Shown in pieces: positions 9,579 through 17,681 of a stretch of 64,000 nucleotides of DNA (within the stretch, counting starts at the first letter, position 1; each line of letters starts with the position of its first letter). A program made the position numbers and the translations under genes. This stretch comes from Pirellulales bacterium (GTDB lineage Bacteria > Planctomycetota > Planctomycetia > Pirellulales > UBA1268), in assembly GCA_028066355.1 (NCBI GenBank), contig JALCBP010000008.1:596-64595 (forward strand), given 5' to 3'. Under the pieces are notes generated by a model, which was not told the origin of the DNA, did not search any database, and saw only the letters and a program-made list of their open reading frames with translations.

Positions 9579-10505
9579 TCACTCGCAGTTTTTCTTCGTG
9601 AACTGCTGTTGTTGCCTTGCTGCTTCCCTCATGGTTTGTGCATGAATTTCTGCGATCATGGAAAGGTCGTTGCAATATCCACCACCACACACGATCGCAA
9701 TGGGCACACGATTGGCCACAGCAGCACAAAAGACGAGGCGGTCACGCTGTAAAAGGCCGTCCTGAGAAACACCGAGGCGCCCCAGACGATCTTCTTTGTA
9801 AGGATCCGCTCCTGCAATATAGAAAATAATATCTGGATCAAAGATCGAGAAAGAATCTTCCAATGCTTTTTGCGTGGCAGCGAGATAGCCTTCATCCGAT
9901 GTACCGTCGGCCAATGGCACATCTAGTGAACTAGGATATTTCCGTAAGGGAAAGTTTTTTTCACCATGCAGTGATAACGTAAACACAGAGTCGTCATGTG
10001 TGAAAATTTCAGCCGTACCATTCCCCTGATGAACGTCACAATCAATGATTAGTGCTCGCTGGATCAGTCCTCGATCCTGAATTTCTCTAGCGGCTACGGC
10101 GGTATCGTTGAAAATACAAAAACCTTCACCCCAGTTGGTCCCTGCGTGATGAGTCCCACCGGCAAGGCTAGCTGCTACACCGTCACGTAAAGCGGACACT
10201 GCTGCATCGACTGCAGCACCGGTGCTCCGCAGTGATCGTTCAACAAGTTCCTCGCTCCATGGAAAACCAATGCGGCGAATCTCTGCGTGAGTAAGCGTCC
10301 CGCGGAAGACTCGGCCCAAATACTGAGGGCAATGCACCCGACGCAATTCCTCATCATTGGCCCGATGAGGCTCCACGAATTCAAATGGCATACCTGTCGC
10401 TGCATCCTGCTCAAGACGTTGACGAAGCATTTTGTACTTCTGGATTGGAAAACGATGCCCCTTTGGCAATGGAAGGGGATATCTATCACATGGGTAGAGC
10501 CGCAT
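9579..10505 (-). CDS. Histone deacetylase family protein (acetoin utilisation / acetylpolyamine amidohydrolase-like)
   Basis: LAGGTHHAGTNWGEGFCIFND, IIDCDVHQGNGT, SLHGEKNFP, YIAGADPYKEDRLG. Confidence 0.9.
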   Translation of the reverse strand: MRLYPCDRYPLPLPKGHRFPIQKYKMLRQRLEQDAATGMPFEFVEPHRANDEELRRVHCPQYLGRVFRGTLTHAEIRRIGFPWSEELVERSLRSTGAAVDAAVSALRDGVAASLAGGTHHAGTNWGEGFCIFNDTAVAAREIQDRGLIQRALIIDCDVHQGNGTAEIFTHDDSVFTLSLHGEKNFPLRKYPSSLDVPLADGTSDEGYLAATQKALEDSFSIFDPDIIFYIAGADPYKEDRLGRLGVSQDGLLQRDRLVFCAAVANRVPIAIVCGGGYCNDLSMIAEIHAQTMREAARQQQQFTKKNCE

Positions 10506-10704
10506 TTAATTAACCACAAAAAATGCCTAATCTATCAACAAGCAGTGCTTGCCTCGCATGCACCAACCAGTAAACAGAAATTACAAAATAAAAATCCAGG
10601 CTACTATCTCACCAGATTCAAAGGAAACTCAGAGACTAATTTTCTTTAGCGACTATTTTGGCACGAGTTGTGCACCAATGGTTTATTACAAGAACGTTGA
10701 GTTG

Positions 10705-10735
10705 GATGCCAAAGCATTCCACTGGCATCTTTTTT
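10705..10735 (+). terminator. Intrinsic-terminator-like hairpin plus T6 tract in an ORF-poor region
   Basis: GATGCCA (10705-10711) pairs with TGGCATC (10723-10729) across an 11-nt loop, followed directly by TTTTTT (10730-10735). Confidence 0.5.
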
Positions 10736-10840
10736 GAAAGGAGGTCGCCTCTACCGCAACTTTCACTCCAATAGGACAAACAGGTTGAATCCAGTTTCCT
10801 TGTAGTTGGAAACTCTTTTAAAAAAGGGCAAATGAAACGA

Positions 10841-10877
10841 GTGGGGGTTCGTATTGTTCCACATTGCGAACCCCCAC
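10841..10877 (-). terminator. GC-rich 11-bp hairpin downstream of the small minus-strand ORF
   Basis: GTGGGGGTTCG (10841-10851) pairs with CGAACCCCCAC (10867-10877) across a 15-nt loop. No immediate U-tract; a T6 run lies about 15 nt further on the minus strand. Confidence 0.4.
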
Positions 10878-10947
10878 TATTTAAAAACCTCAGTCCTCCA
10901 CTTTGATTTTCAGCTCATAGACGGCAATTATGCGAGTTCACACCGAA

Positions 10948-11190
10948 CTACGGCCTTCGTCTCCTCTCAGCACGTGCTAGCCTGACTGCCTTGGCTGTAT
11001 ACCTTCTTGACAGTTTTATTTGATTAATGGGTAGAATTAATGCAGATGGGTCTACCAGGAACGTCTTGTCGAATTTGAGCAGGTGATCAATCTTCTTTCT
11101 TTTTCCAAGACGGGTGCTCTGAGGTCTCTTCATCATACTTTTAGGCCTAGGATAAGGTATCCGATCGACATGCTCTCGACGCAACTCCAT
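10948..11190 (-). CDS. Possible small, very basic hypothetical protein (80 aa)
   Basis: The ORF is not overlapped by any other ORF on the track except 3 nt of its own stop codon. It is Arg/Lys rich and followed on its strand by the 10841-10877 hairpin. No recognisable motif, weak RBS. Confidence 0.3.
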   Translation of the reverse strand: MELRREHVDRIPYPRPKSMMKRPQSTRLGKRKKIDHLLKFDKTFLVDPSALILPINQIKLSRRYTAKAVRLARAERRRRP

Positions 11191-11250
11191 ACTCTTAGTT
11201 ACTAACCGCTCTGTAGATACATATCATCTTTTCAATTTATTTCTGCGGCT

Positions 11251-13044
11251 ATGAACCTTAGCTCTTTGCACGAAAACTGGCAGGGGATTCTTACTGCACT
11301 TGTCGCAGGCATTACACTGCTCGCGCTTTTGCTGGGTCGTCGTGCACCGGACATGGCCATGCTCGGTGCAGTGATTGTTCTACTCGCGTTTGGAGTCCTT
11401 AGTCCTGCTGAGGCTCTCTCCGGAATGAGTAACGAAGGAATGCTCACTGTGGCAGCGTTATTTGTTGTGGCAGCAGCAGTTCATCGAACAGGTGCGATTG
11501 CACTTGTAATTGATCGGGGGCTTGGTCGACCGCGATCTCTGCATGAAGCTCAAGTGCGGACAATGACAATACCAGCAATCCTTTCCGGATTCATGAACAA
11601 CACTCCAGTGGTCGCTTTAATGGTGCCAGCAGTACGAACATGGGCTCACAAACACCAGCTGAGTATCTCTAAAATTTTGATGCCTATGAATGATGCCGTC
11701 GTACTTGGTGGTCTCTGCACTCTCATTGGCACGAGTACCAATATCGTTGTCAGTGGCTTATTCAATGAAAAAACAGGCAGTTCACTTGGCATGTTCGATA
11801 TTACGTGGCTGGGAGTACCTCTTTTGGTTGTTGGCTTTACATACATTCTTATTGCCAGCAAAAGCCAATGGTTACTCAAAGATCGACGGCCAGCAGTAAG
11901 CGCGGGAGATGACCCTCGAGAATACTCACTTGAGATGGTTGTTGAATCCGGAAGTCCTCTTGCCGGCCGCACAATTGAACAAGCCGGCCTTCGTGGACTC
12001 CACGGCCTGTTTCTTATGGAAGTCGATCGTGCTGGTCAGGTCCGAGCGGCCGTCGAACCAACAGAACGACTCGAAGAAGGTGATCGCCTTGTTTTTGTTG
12101 GTGTGGTCGATTCAGTCGTGGAATTACAGAAGATACGTGGACTCCGACCAGCTACCGACCAAGTATTCCAATTGGATGGGCCACGATCTGAACGTACTCT
12201 CTTAGAAGCCGTTGTTTCCAATTCTTGTCCTCTTGTTGGTCGAACAATTCGTGAAGGTCAATTTCGATCTACTTACGATGCGGTAATTATTGCAGTCGCT
12301 CGAAACGGAGAACGTTTAAGAAAAAAAATCGGTAATATCATTTTGCAACCGGGAGACACATTACTTCTTGAGGCAAGTCCGCGATTTTTAAAACGACAAA
12401 AAGCAAACCGTGACTTTTATCTTGTTAGCGAAGTGAAAGGAGCAAAGCCGCCTCGGCACGACCTTGCATGGATTGCTTGCACGATTTTGGTGGCTATGGT
12501 TTTAGCGGCAACACTCGAACTTGTCCCTATGGTTGCAGCAGCACTTGTTGCAGCTGCGGCTATGGTCGCGACAGGTTGCATAGGGCCAAATGAAGCAAGA
12601 AAATCAATCGAGTGGGAGACCTTGCTCCTCATCGCCGCTAGTTTTGGACTTGCCAGAGCCATTGAAAAAACAGGTCTCGATGAATTACTTGCCCAAAGCA
12701 CTATTGGGGCTGCAGGTGATCGACCGTACCTTGTCTTGGCAGCAATTTATTTCGTCACAATGATTTTCACTGAAACAATGAGCAACAATGCTGCGGCTGT
12801 ACTGATTTTCCCTATCGCATGGCAAACCGCTACTGATCTCGGGCTTAACCCAATGCCATTCATCATGGCGATCACAGTAGCTGCAAGTTGTGGATTTGCC
12901 AGTCCTCTTGGATACCAGACTAATCTCATGGTGTATGGACCCGGCGGCTACAAATTCAGTGATTATCTTCGTTTTGGTGGCCCCCTAAATTTAATAGTTA
13001 TGGCCATCACAATTATTCTGGCACCTCTGATTTGGCCTTTCTAA
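11251..13044 (+). CDS. SLC13/DASS-type permease with two central TrkA-C (RCK-C) domains
   Basis: Multi-TM halves flank two repeats of a TrkA-C-like segment (SPLAGRTIEQAGLR...EEGDRLVFVG and CPLVGRTIREGQFR...QPGDTLLLEA). Confidence 0.85.
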   Translation: MNLSSLHENWQGILTALVAGITLLALLLGRRAPDMAMLGAVIVLLAFGVLSPAEALSGMSNEGMLTVAALFVVAAAVHRTGAIALVIDRGLGRPRSLHEAQVRTMTIPAILSGFMNNTPVVALMVPAVRTWAHKHQLSISKILMPMNDAVVLGGLCTLIGTSTNIVVSGLFNEKTGSSLGMFDITWLGVPLLVVGFTYILIASKSQWLLKDRRPAVSAGDDPREYSLEMVVESGSPLAGRTIEQAGLRGLHGLFLMEVDRAGQVRAAVEPTERLEEGDRLVFVGVVDSVVELQKIRGLRPATDQVFQLDGPRSERTLLEAVVSNSCPLVGRTIREGQFRSTYDAVIIAVARNGERLRKKIGNIILQPGDTLLLEASPRFLKRQKANRDFYLVSEVKGAKPPRHDLAWIACTILVAMVLAATLELVPMVAAALVAAAAMVATGCIGPNEARKSIEWETLLLIAASFGLARAIEKTGLDELLAQSTIGAAGDRPYLVLAAIYFVTMIFTETMSNNAAAVLIFPIAWQTATDLGLNPMPFIMAITVAASCGFASPLGYQTNLMVYGPGGYKFSDYLRFGGPLNLIVMAITIILAPLIWPF

Positions 13045-13324
13045 CGAGCGTGTCAATCAGAAAAGCACCTCTTGCGGCACATACCATGCGTTCAAAAACT
13101 CTTACGTCAAGACGTCGTTGACTTGATACGATGCCGTCTCGCAAAGCAGCCCCAAAACCGGTGCAACAGTGACATAGGTGCCGTGAATCGAGCTATTTTG
13201 CTAAAACATCATTTTTTATAGCAGCACAATCGTTACGACCGAACTAAACCGTCTTCCATCTTCTCTTTATGCTCGCCAAGCTCATTTCGTTTCTTTTTCA
13301 CATACACTCGGCGACGTAGTCTAG

Positions 13325-14734
13325 GTGATTGCTGATGTCAGTTTCCCAAACGCTACCTCCATCCACTTGAGGCGGATGAGCGAAATACTCTTTCATTATT
13401 ATCGAGTTAATCCAACGACCTGGTTTTACCTAGCGTCGCTTCTTTCGATTGCAATTTTTTTCAAATTCAATCGAGCTTTGAGTATTCGTAATGTCGACCT
13501 TATTGGTCTTATTCTCTTCGCACCGGGACTTTTAGCTGTTGAATACGGAGGCTTTAAAGCAAATTTTGATGCACAACAGTTGGGCTATGTTTGGTTGTTT
13601 GTAATTACTGGCTTATTCATTATCCGCATGCTTTGTGATTCTCTCATGGTTCGGAGGCCGATGCTGGATCCCAACCTCAATAGCGGCGGTCTTATTTTCC
13701 TTGGAATCTCGCTTCTCGTTTTTCTTTTAGCAAACGTTCTGACCACTCGACCAGAAAGAGATGATCTCGCAGCAGCAACAACTGCAGCCAGGATCGAGAC
13801 GGGCGATGCAAAGGTCGATGCAGATCAATTAGCTAGACTTGGTCCAGGATATCCACTTCTCTTTCTTCTTCCACACATCTCCACTCAACGCGTTTTCTCC
13901 TCAGAGGCAATTTCCTCTGCTGGCGGTAAAACACAAGAACCACCGCCAAGGGTCGTTCACGAAACAACTGCTCGAGTAATGGCTATTATTTCCCAACTAC
14001 TGATTGTCAGTGGAATGATTTTCGTAGGCTGGCGACATTTTGAAAGTACAAAGCTCGGTATTGCTGCTGCAGTTCTTTATCTGCTGCTCCCATACACAGC
14101 CATGATGACCGGGAGAGTTGACCATGCCTTGCCTGGCGCGTTCATTGTTTGGGCGGTTGGAGCTTACCGGAGACCAGTCATTGCAGGCAGCCTCATAGGA
14201 CTTGCGATTGGCATCATCTACTACCCGATATTCCTACTTCCACTTTGGTGTAGTTTTTACTGGGAGCGCGGAGTCCGTCGCTTTGCCACTGGTGTTGCTG
14301 CTGCCCTAGCGGCCCTTGTCGTGGGCCTCTGGTGCACTTCACCAACGCTGGCAATCTTTGCCGGGCAATTACGGCAGATGTTCGGTTGGATCTTTCCAAG
14401 TAGCGTAAGCCTCGAGGGCTTTTGGGCATTCCCTTCCTACGACCCGGTTTTCCGGCTTCCTGTGCTAGCAGCATTCTTGGTAATGATGGCTACTATGGCG
14501 ATCTGGCCTTCACCAAAACACCTTGGAACACTCATGAGTTGCTCCACAGCAATTCTTCTTGGCAGCCAGTTTTGGAAAGCGCATAACGGCGGTCTTTTCC
14601 TAGCATGGTTTCTACCAATCCTTTTACTCGTGATATTCCGACCAAATCTTGAAAATCGTGTGGCGCTAAAGGCCTTGGATACTGATTGGTTCATTCGGCG
14701 TCGGAAACAAAGACATGCTATAGATACCACATAG
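13325..14734 (+). CDS. Polytopic integral membrane protein, function unknown
   Basis: At least 10 hydrophobic segments over 469 aa. GTG start at 13325 or ATG at 13376 (MSEILFHYY). Confidence 0.7.
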   Translation: MIADVSFPNATSIHLRRMSEILFHYYRVNPTTWFYLASLLSIAIFFKFNRALSIRNVDLIGLILFAPGLLAVEYGGFKANFDAQQLGYVWLFVITGLFIIRMLCDSLMVRRPMLDPNLNSGGLIFLGISLLVFLLANVLTTRPERDDLAAATTAARIETGDAKVDADQLARLGPGYPLLFLLPHISTQRVFSSEAISSAGGKTQEPPPRVVHETTARVMAIISQLLIVSGMIFVGWRHFESTKLGIAAAVLYLLLPYTAMMTGRVDHALPGAFIVWAVGAYRRPVIAGSLIGLAIGIIYYPIFLLPLWCSFYWERGVRRFATGVAAALAALVVGLWCTSPTLAIFAGQLRQMFGWIFPSSVSLEGFWAFPSYDPVFRLPVLAAFLVMMATMAIWPSPKHLGTLMSCSTAILLGSQFWKAHNGGLFLAWFLPILLLVIFRPNLENRVALKALDTDWFIRRRKQRHAIDTT

Positions 14735-14741
14735 GCACTGC

Positions 14742-15596
14742 TCACATGTCTCGACGTATATCGATAGTAGATGAAACACCCTGATTTAAAAACCAAAGCT
14801 GCCAGCGAGTTTGATCCCAGCCATAGTTGACACCTGTCAGCGTTGTCAAAGCTTCAAGCACTTGCGTGTTCTGTGAGGAAATAATTTTTTGCTTCTGATT
14901 ACTGCCAAGTGCAAGACCACCTCCTGTTGGTGAAAATGTCACAGATGTTTTCCCTCCTGATGCCGCACTAGAGGAAACAACGGACTGAGTAATTAAAACA
15001 TTAATCAGAGGCTGAACGGCAGACTCATCACCAAGCGTTTTTAGTGCAACTGCAGCGCGGTTGATGCGTTGGTTGTCAGGTCCCTGAAGTGCGGCGACAA
15101 GTGCTGGCACAACCTGCATCGAATCTTTATCGTTAAGTTGTTCAATGGCACTCCAACGCACCTCGGAATCAGCATGATTGAGAACCAGAGAAAGTAGTGC
15201 TCCAATAGCATCTGTTGAAACTATATTCCCAAGAGCTTCAACATAGAGCAGCCGAACACGCGGAACAGGGTCGGTATTGATTGCAGCAATGAGTGCCATA
15301 ACCGCAAAAGGATCATTCGTTTGACGAATCTCGCCAGCAATGTTCTTGCCGGCCTCTGGTTTATCAAGTTCTCGCCGCAACCTTTGTAGCCGCTGCCTAG
15401 CCACCACCCTGCTTTTTGTTACTGCTTCTGCCTGCTTATCCAAATCGATTTCTTGCTGAGTTCTCCACGACCCTCGATAGCGGTGGTAGCCCAAGGTCTC
15501 CATACGTTGTGCGTGTGTACTGGTCGAATCCGCGATGGCACGATCTAAAATAAATAAGCCCCCAACCAATATCCCAGCAGTGCAGAAAATTCGCAT
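14742..15596 (-). CDS. Secreted HEAT-repeat (PBS-lyase-like) protein
   Basis: Signal peptide, then repeated DP.VR..A..ALG-type units (DPVPRVRLLYVEALGNI, DSEVRWSAIEQL, DNQRINRAAVALKTLGDESAV). Confidence 0.75.
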   Translation of the reverse strand: MRIFCTAGILVGGLFILDRAIADSTSTHAQRMETLGYHRYRGSWRTQQEIDLDKQAEAVTKSRVVARQRLQRLRRELDKPEAGKNIAGEIRQTNDPFAVMALIAAINTDPVPRVRLLYVEALGNIVSTDAIGALLSLVLNHADSEVRWSAIEQLNDKDSMQVVPALVAALQGPDNQRINRAAVALKTLGDESAVQPLINVLITQSVVSSSAASGGKTSVTFSPTGGGLALGSNQKQKIISSQNTQVLEALTTLTGVNYGWDQTRWQLWFLNQGVSSTIDIRRDM

Positions 15597-15614
15597 CGTG
15601 TTGTCCCTATTGAC

Positions 15615-16676
15615 TCAAATTTGGCTGGCAGCGTCTTGAATCATTCCAACATAAACTGAAAAGACCCTAAAAATCACAAGTATCACAAGACCCGCGACAA
15701 AGAGCCACACACAACTGCCGGCGGCTTTTGCAGCGGCCTCAAACCCTTTCCTTGAGTTATCGGCAAATTGTTCACTCAGTCTCCTCAGAACCTCCGGAAC
15801 TGTTCCAGATTCTTCACCAACCGCCAAGCTTTCAAGCAACGCTGGAGGAAAACAACCCGCGGCGTGGAGTGCCTCAGCTAGCGTGTCTCCAGAAAGAAGC
15901 CTTTCATTCACCCATTCCGGTTCAATTGCCAAACCCGGAGCTACTGAACCACTGAGTGAAATGAGCCTACCTGCATCAAGTCCGGCACCGGAAGCCAACG
16001 ATGCGGCCTGACTCCAAGAAGCTGCTTCACCGTCTCGAGCAGCTGGCCCAAGAAGTGGCAGCCGCATAATACACTCACGAATGAATCCATGTGATCTCCA
16101 TCCAAGAAGGACTAATCGAAAGGCACATGCAAAGAAAACAAAGAGGAAAAAGAGGAAAATCCCATACATCTTGAGACCAGACATACCGACAAGACCAAGA
16201 CCAATAAAATCGATTGCTTTTCCTCGATCCAGTTCAATTGTCCCACTGATGAAAATAAGTAGCCCAACGACGGCCAACGCTAACACTAACTGAATTGCTG
16301 GCAAGATGAGACTCGAACGAAGACGCGATAAAGTTTCTACCCGATGATTTATCATGTCGGCTAGCTCTCGTAGCGTTTCAACATCTTTTCCCGTTTTGTC
16401 ACCGACGGCTACCATCCCAACTACAAATTGAGGGAATAGCCCAGTACAAGCAATCGCATCGGAAAGCATCTGCCCATTTTCAATTACGGATGTTCCGAGA
16501 GATAGCTGCGATTGCCAGCGAGCAGGCATGCGATTGACTTCACTTGTCCAGGCTTTACGCAAATCAATACCTGCCCGAAGTGTAATTGCCAACCTTCCGA
16601 GCAAATCTGCCTGCAGACGGGCTGGCAGTTGTCGGTTCACAAGACGTCTTGTCGCATTCTGTGGTAACTCGCGCAT
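15615..16676 (-). CDS. Type II secretion / type IV pilus platform protein F family (GspF/PilC-like)
   Basis: Two T2SSF-like repeats (LSDAIACTGLFPQFVVGMVAVGDKTGKDVETL and LAEALHAAGCFPPALLESLAVGEESGTVPEVL) separated by TM segments. Confidence 0.8.
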   Translation of the reverse strand: MRELPQNATRRLVNRQLPARLQADLLGRLAITLRAGIDLRKAWTSEVNRMPARWQSQLSLGTSVIENGQMLSDAIACTGLFPQFVVGMVAVGDKTGKDVETLRELADMINHRVETLSRLRSSLILPAIQLVLALAVVGLLIFISGTIELDRGKAIDFIGLGLVGMSGLKMYGIFLFFLFVFFACAFRLVLLGWRSHGFIRECIMRLPLLGPAARDGEAASWSQAASLASGAGLDAGRLISLSGSVAPGLAIEPEWVNERLLSGDTLAEALHAAGCFPPALLESLAVGEESGTVPEVLRRLSEQFADNSRKGFEAAAKAAGSCVWLFVAGLVILVIFRVFSVYVGMIQDAASQI

Positions 16677-16829
16677 GCTTTATTCTCGCCGTACGGTGTA
16701 AGAATGTCGAGAAACAGCCAAACCCTGCTCACAAGTAGCTGCACATCTGGTAAAACTCATAGTCCATCTACTGGACGGATGGATTACCGCCCCACGATAT
16801 TCTTGCACAAATCTATTCTATATCTCATT

Positions 16830-17681
16830 ATGGCTGACCACTGGGACACAGTCACGATCGTCGGAGTTGGCCTGATTGGAGGATCCGCTGGTCTTGCTCT
16901 AACCAAACGCGGAGCGGCCAAAAAAATCATAGGTGTCGGTCGGTCAGATAGTTCTTTGGCAATTGCCCGAGAACTCGGCGCTATAAGCGAAGGAACCACA
17001 AACCTTCGCGAGGGTGTGACAGACGCCGACTTGGTCCTAGTCGCTACTCGGGTGAGCGTCATTGGACATCAACTCGAAGAGATCGATGCATTTGTTCGGC
17101 CGGGGACCCCTATTACAGATGCGGGCAGTACAAAACAGTCAATTGTTGACAGCTGGGAGCAACGTCGATCTTTTCGCAAAGGTCGATTTGTCGGTAGCCA
17201 TCCTCTTGCAGGAAGCCACCAACGTGGTCCAGACGCAGCAGACCCGACTCTTTTTGAAGGCAAACTGACGGTGCTTACACCAGTGGAAGCCACCCCAGAA
17301 AAAGACACTGATACTATCTCTGCTTTCTGGGAAATACTTGGTGCCAAAACATGTCTCCTCTCGCCTCCCGAACACGACCGACTCCTAGCTTCGGCAAGCC
17401 ATGCGCCTCATATTGTTGCCGCAGCTTTAGCGATGGCAACACCATCTGAAGCTCATCGGTTTGCTGCCGGAGGCTGGCGAGATACCACTCGAATAGCAGC
17501 TGGCGACCCTGCCCTTTGGGCTGACATATTGCTTGACAACACTCAGTCCATCACCTCACAAATCCAAAAATTTACGGAAGCATCTGATCGATTGCGGCAC
17601 GCGATTGAAGAAGGCGACCGGTCTACGCTCATCGAATTATTAACTCTCGCTAAGGAAAGCCGTGATGCTCTGGGAAGTTGA
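16830..17681 (+). CDS. tyrA: Prephenate dehydrogenase
   Basis: VTIVGVGLIGGSAGLAL Rossmann motif and VGSHPLAGS. The listed ORF starts at 16704, but the ATG at 16830 (MADHWDTVTIVG) fits the family N-terminus. Confidence 0.85.
   Translation: MADHWDTVTIVGVGLIGGSAGLALTKRGAAKKIIGVGRSDSSLAIARELGAISEGTTNLREGVTDADLVLVATRVSVIGHQLEEIDAFVRPGTPITDAGSTKQSIVDSWEQRRSFRKGRFVGSHPLAGSHQRGPDAADPTLFEGKLTVLTPVEATPEKDTDTISAFWEILGAKTCLLSPPEHDRLLASASHAPHIVAAALAMATPSEAHRFAAGGWRDTTRIAAGDPALWADILLDNTQSITSQIQKFTEASDRLRHAIEEGDRSTLIELLTLAKESRDALGS

Noticed and set aside
10549-10737. 62-aa plus-strand ORF in the 10.5-10.9 kb spacer
   Set aside because: It has no RBS and an odd composition, and its last codons are formed by the terminator hairpin and T-tract. 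The region is more plausibly non-coding, as reported in the candidate sRNA finding.
16704-16829. N-terminal extensions of listed ORFs: tyrA 16704, SGNH hydrolase 53178, ferredoxin 57996, thyX 58533, 40867, 45058
   Set aside because: The extensions overlap upstream genes or have non-protein-like sequence. Internal ATGs give family-typical N-termini or signal peptides, so I used the shorter models.
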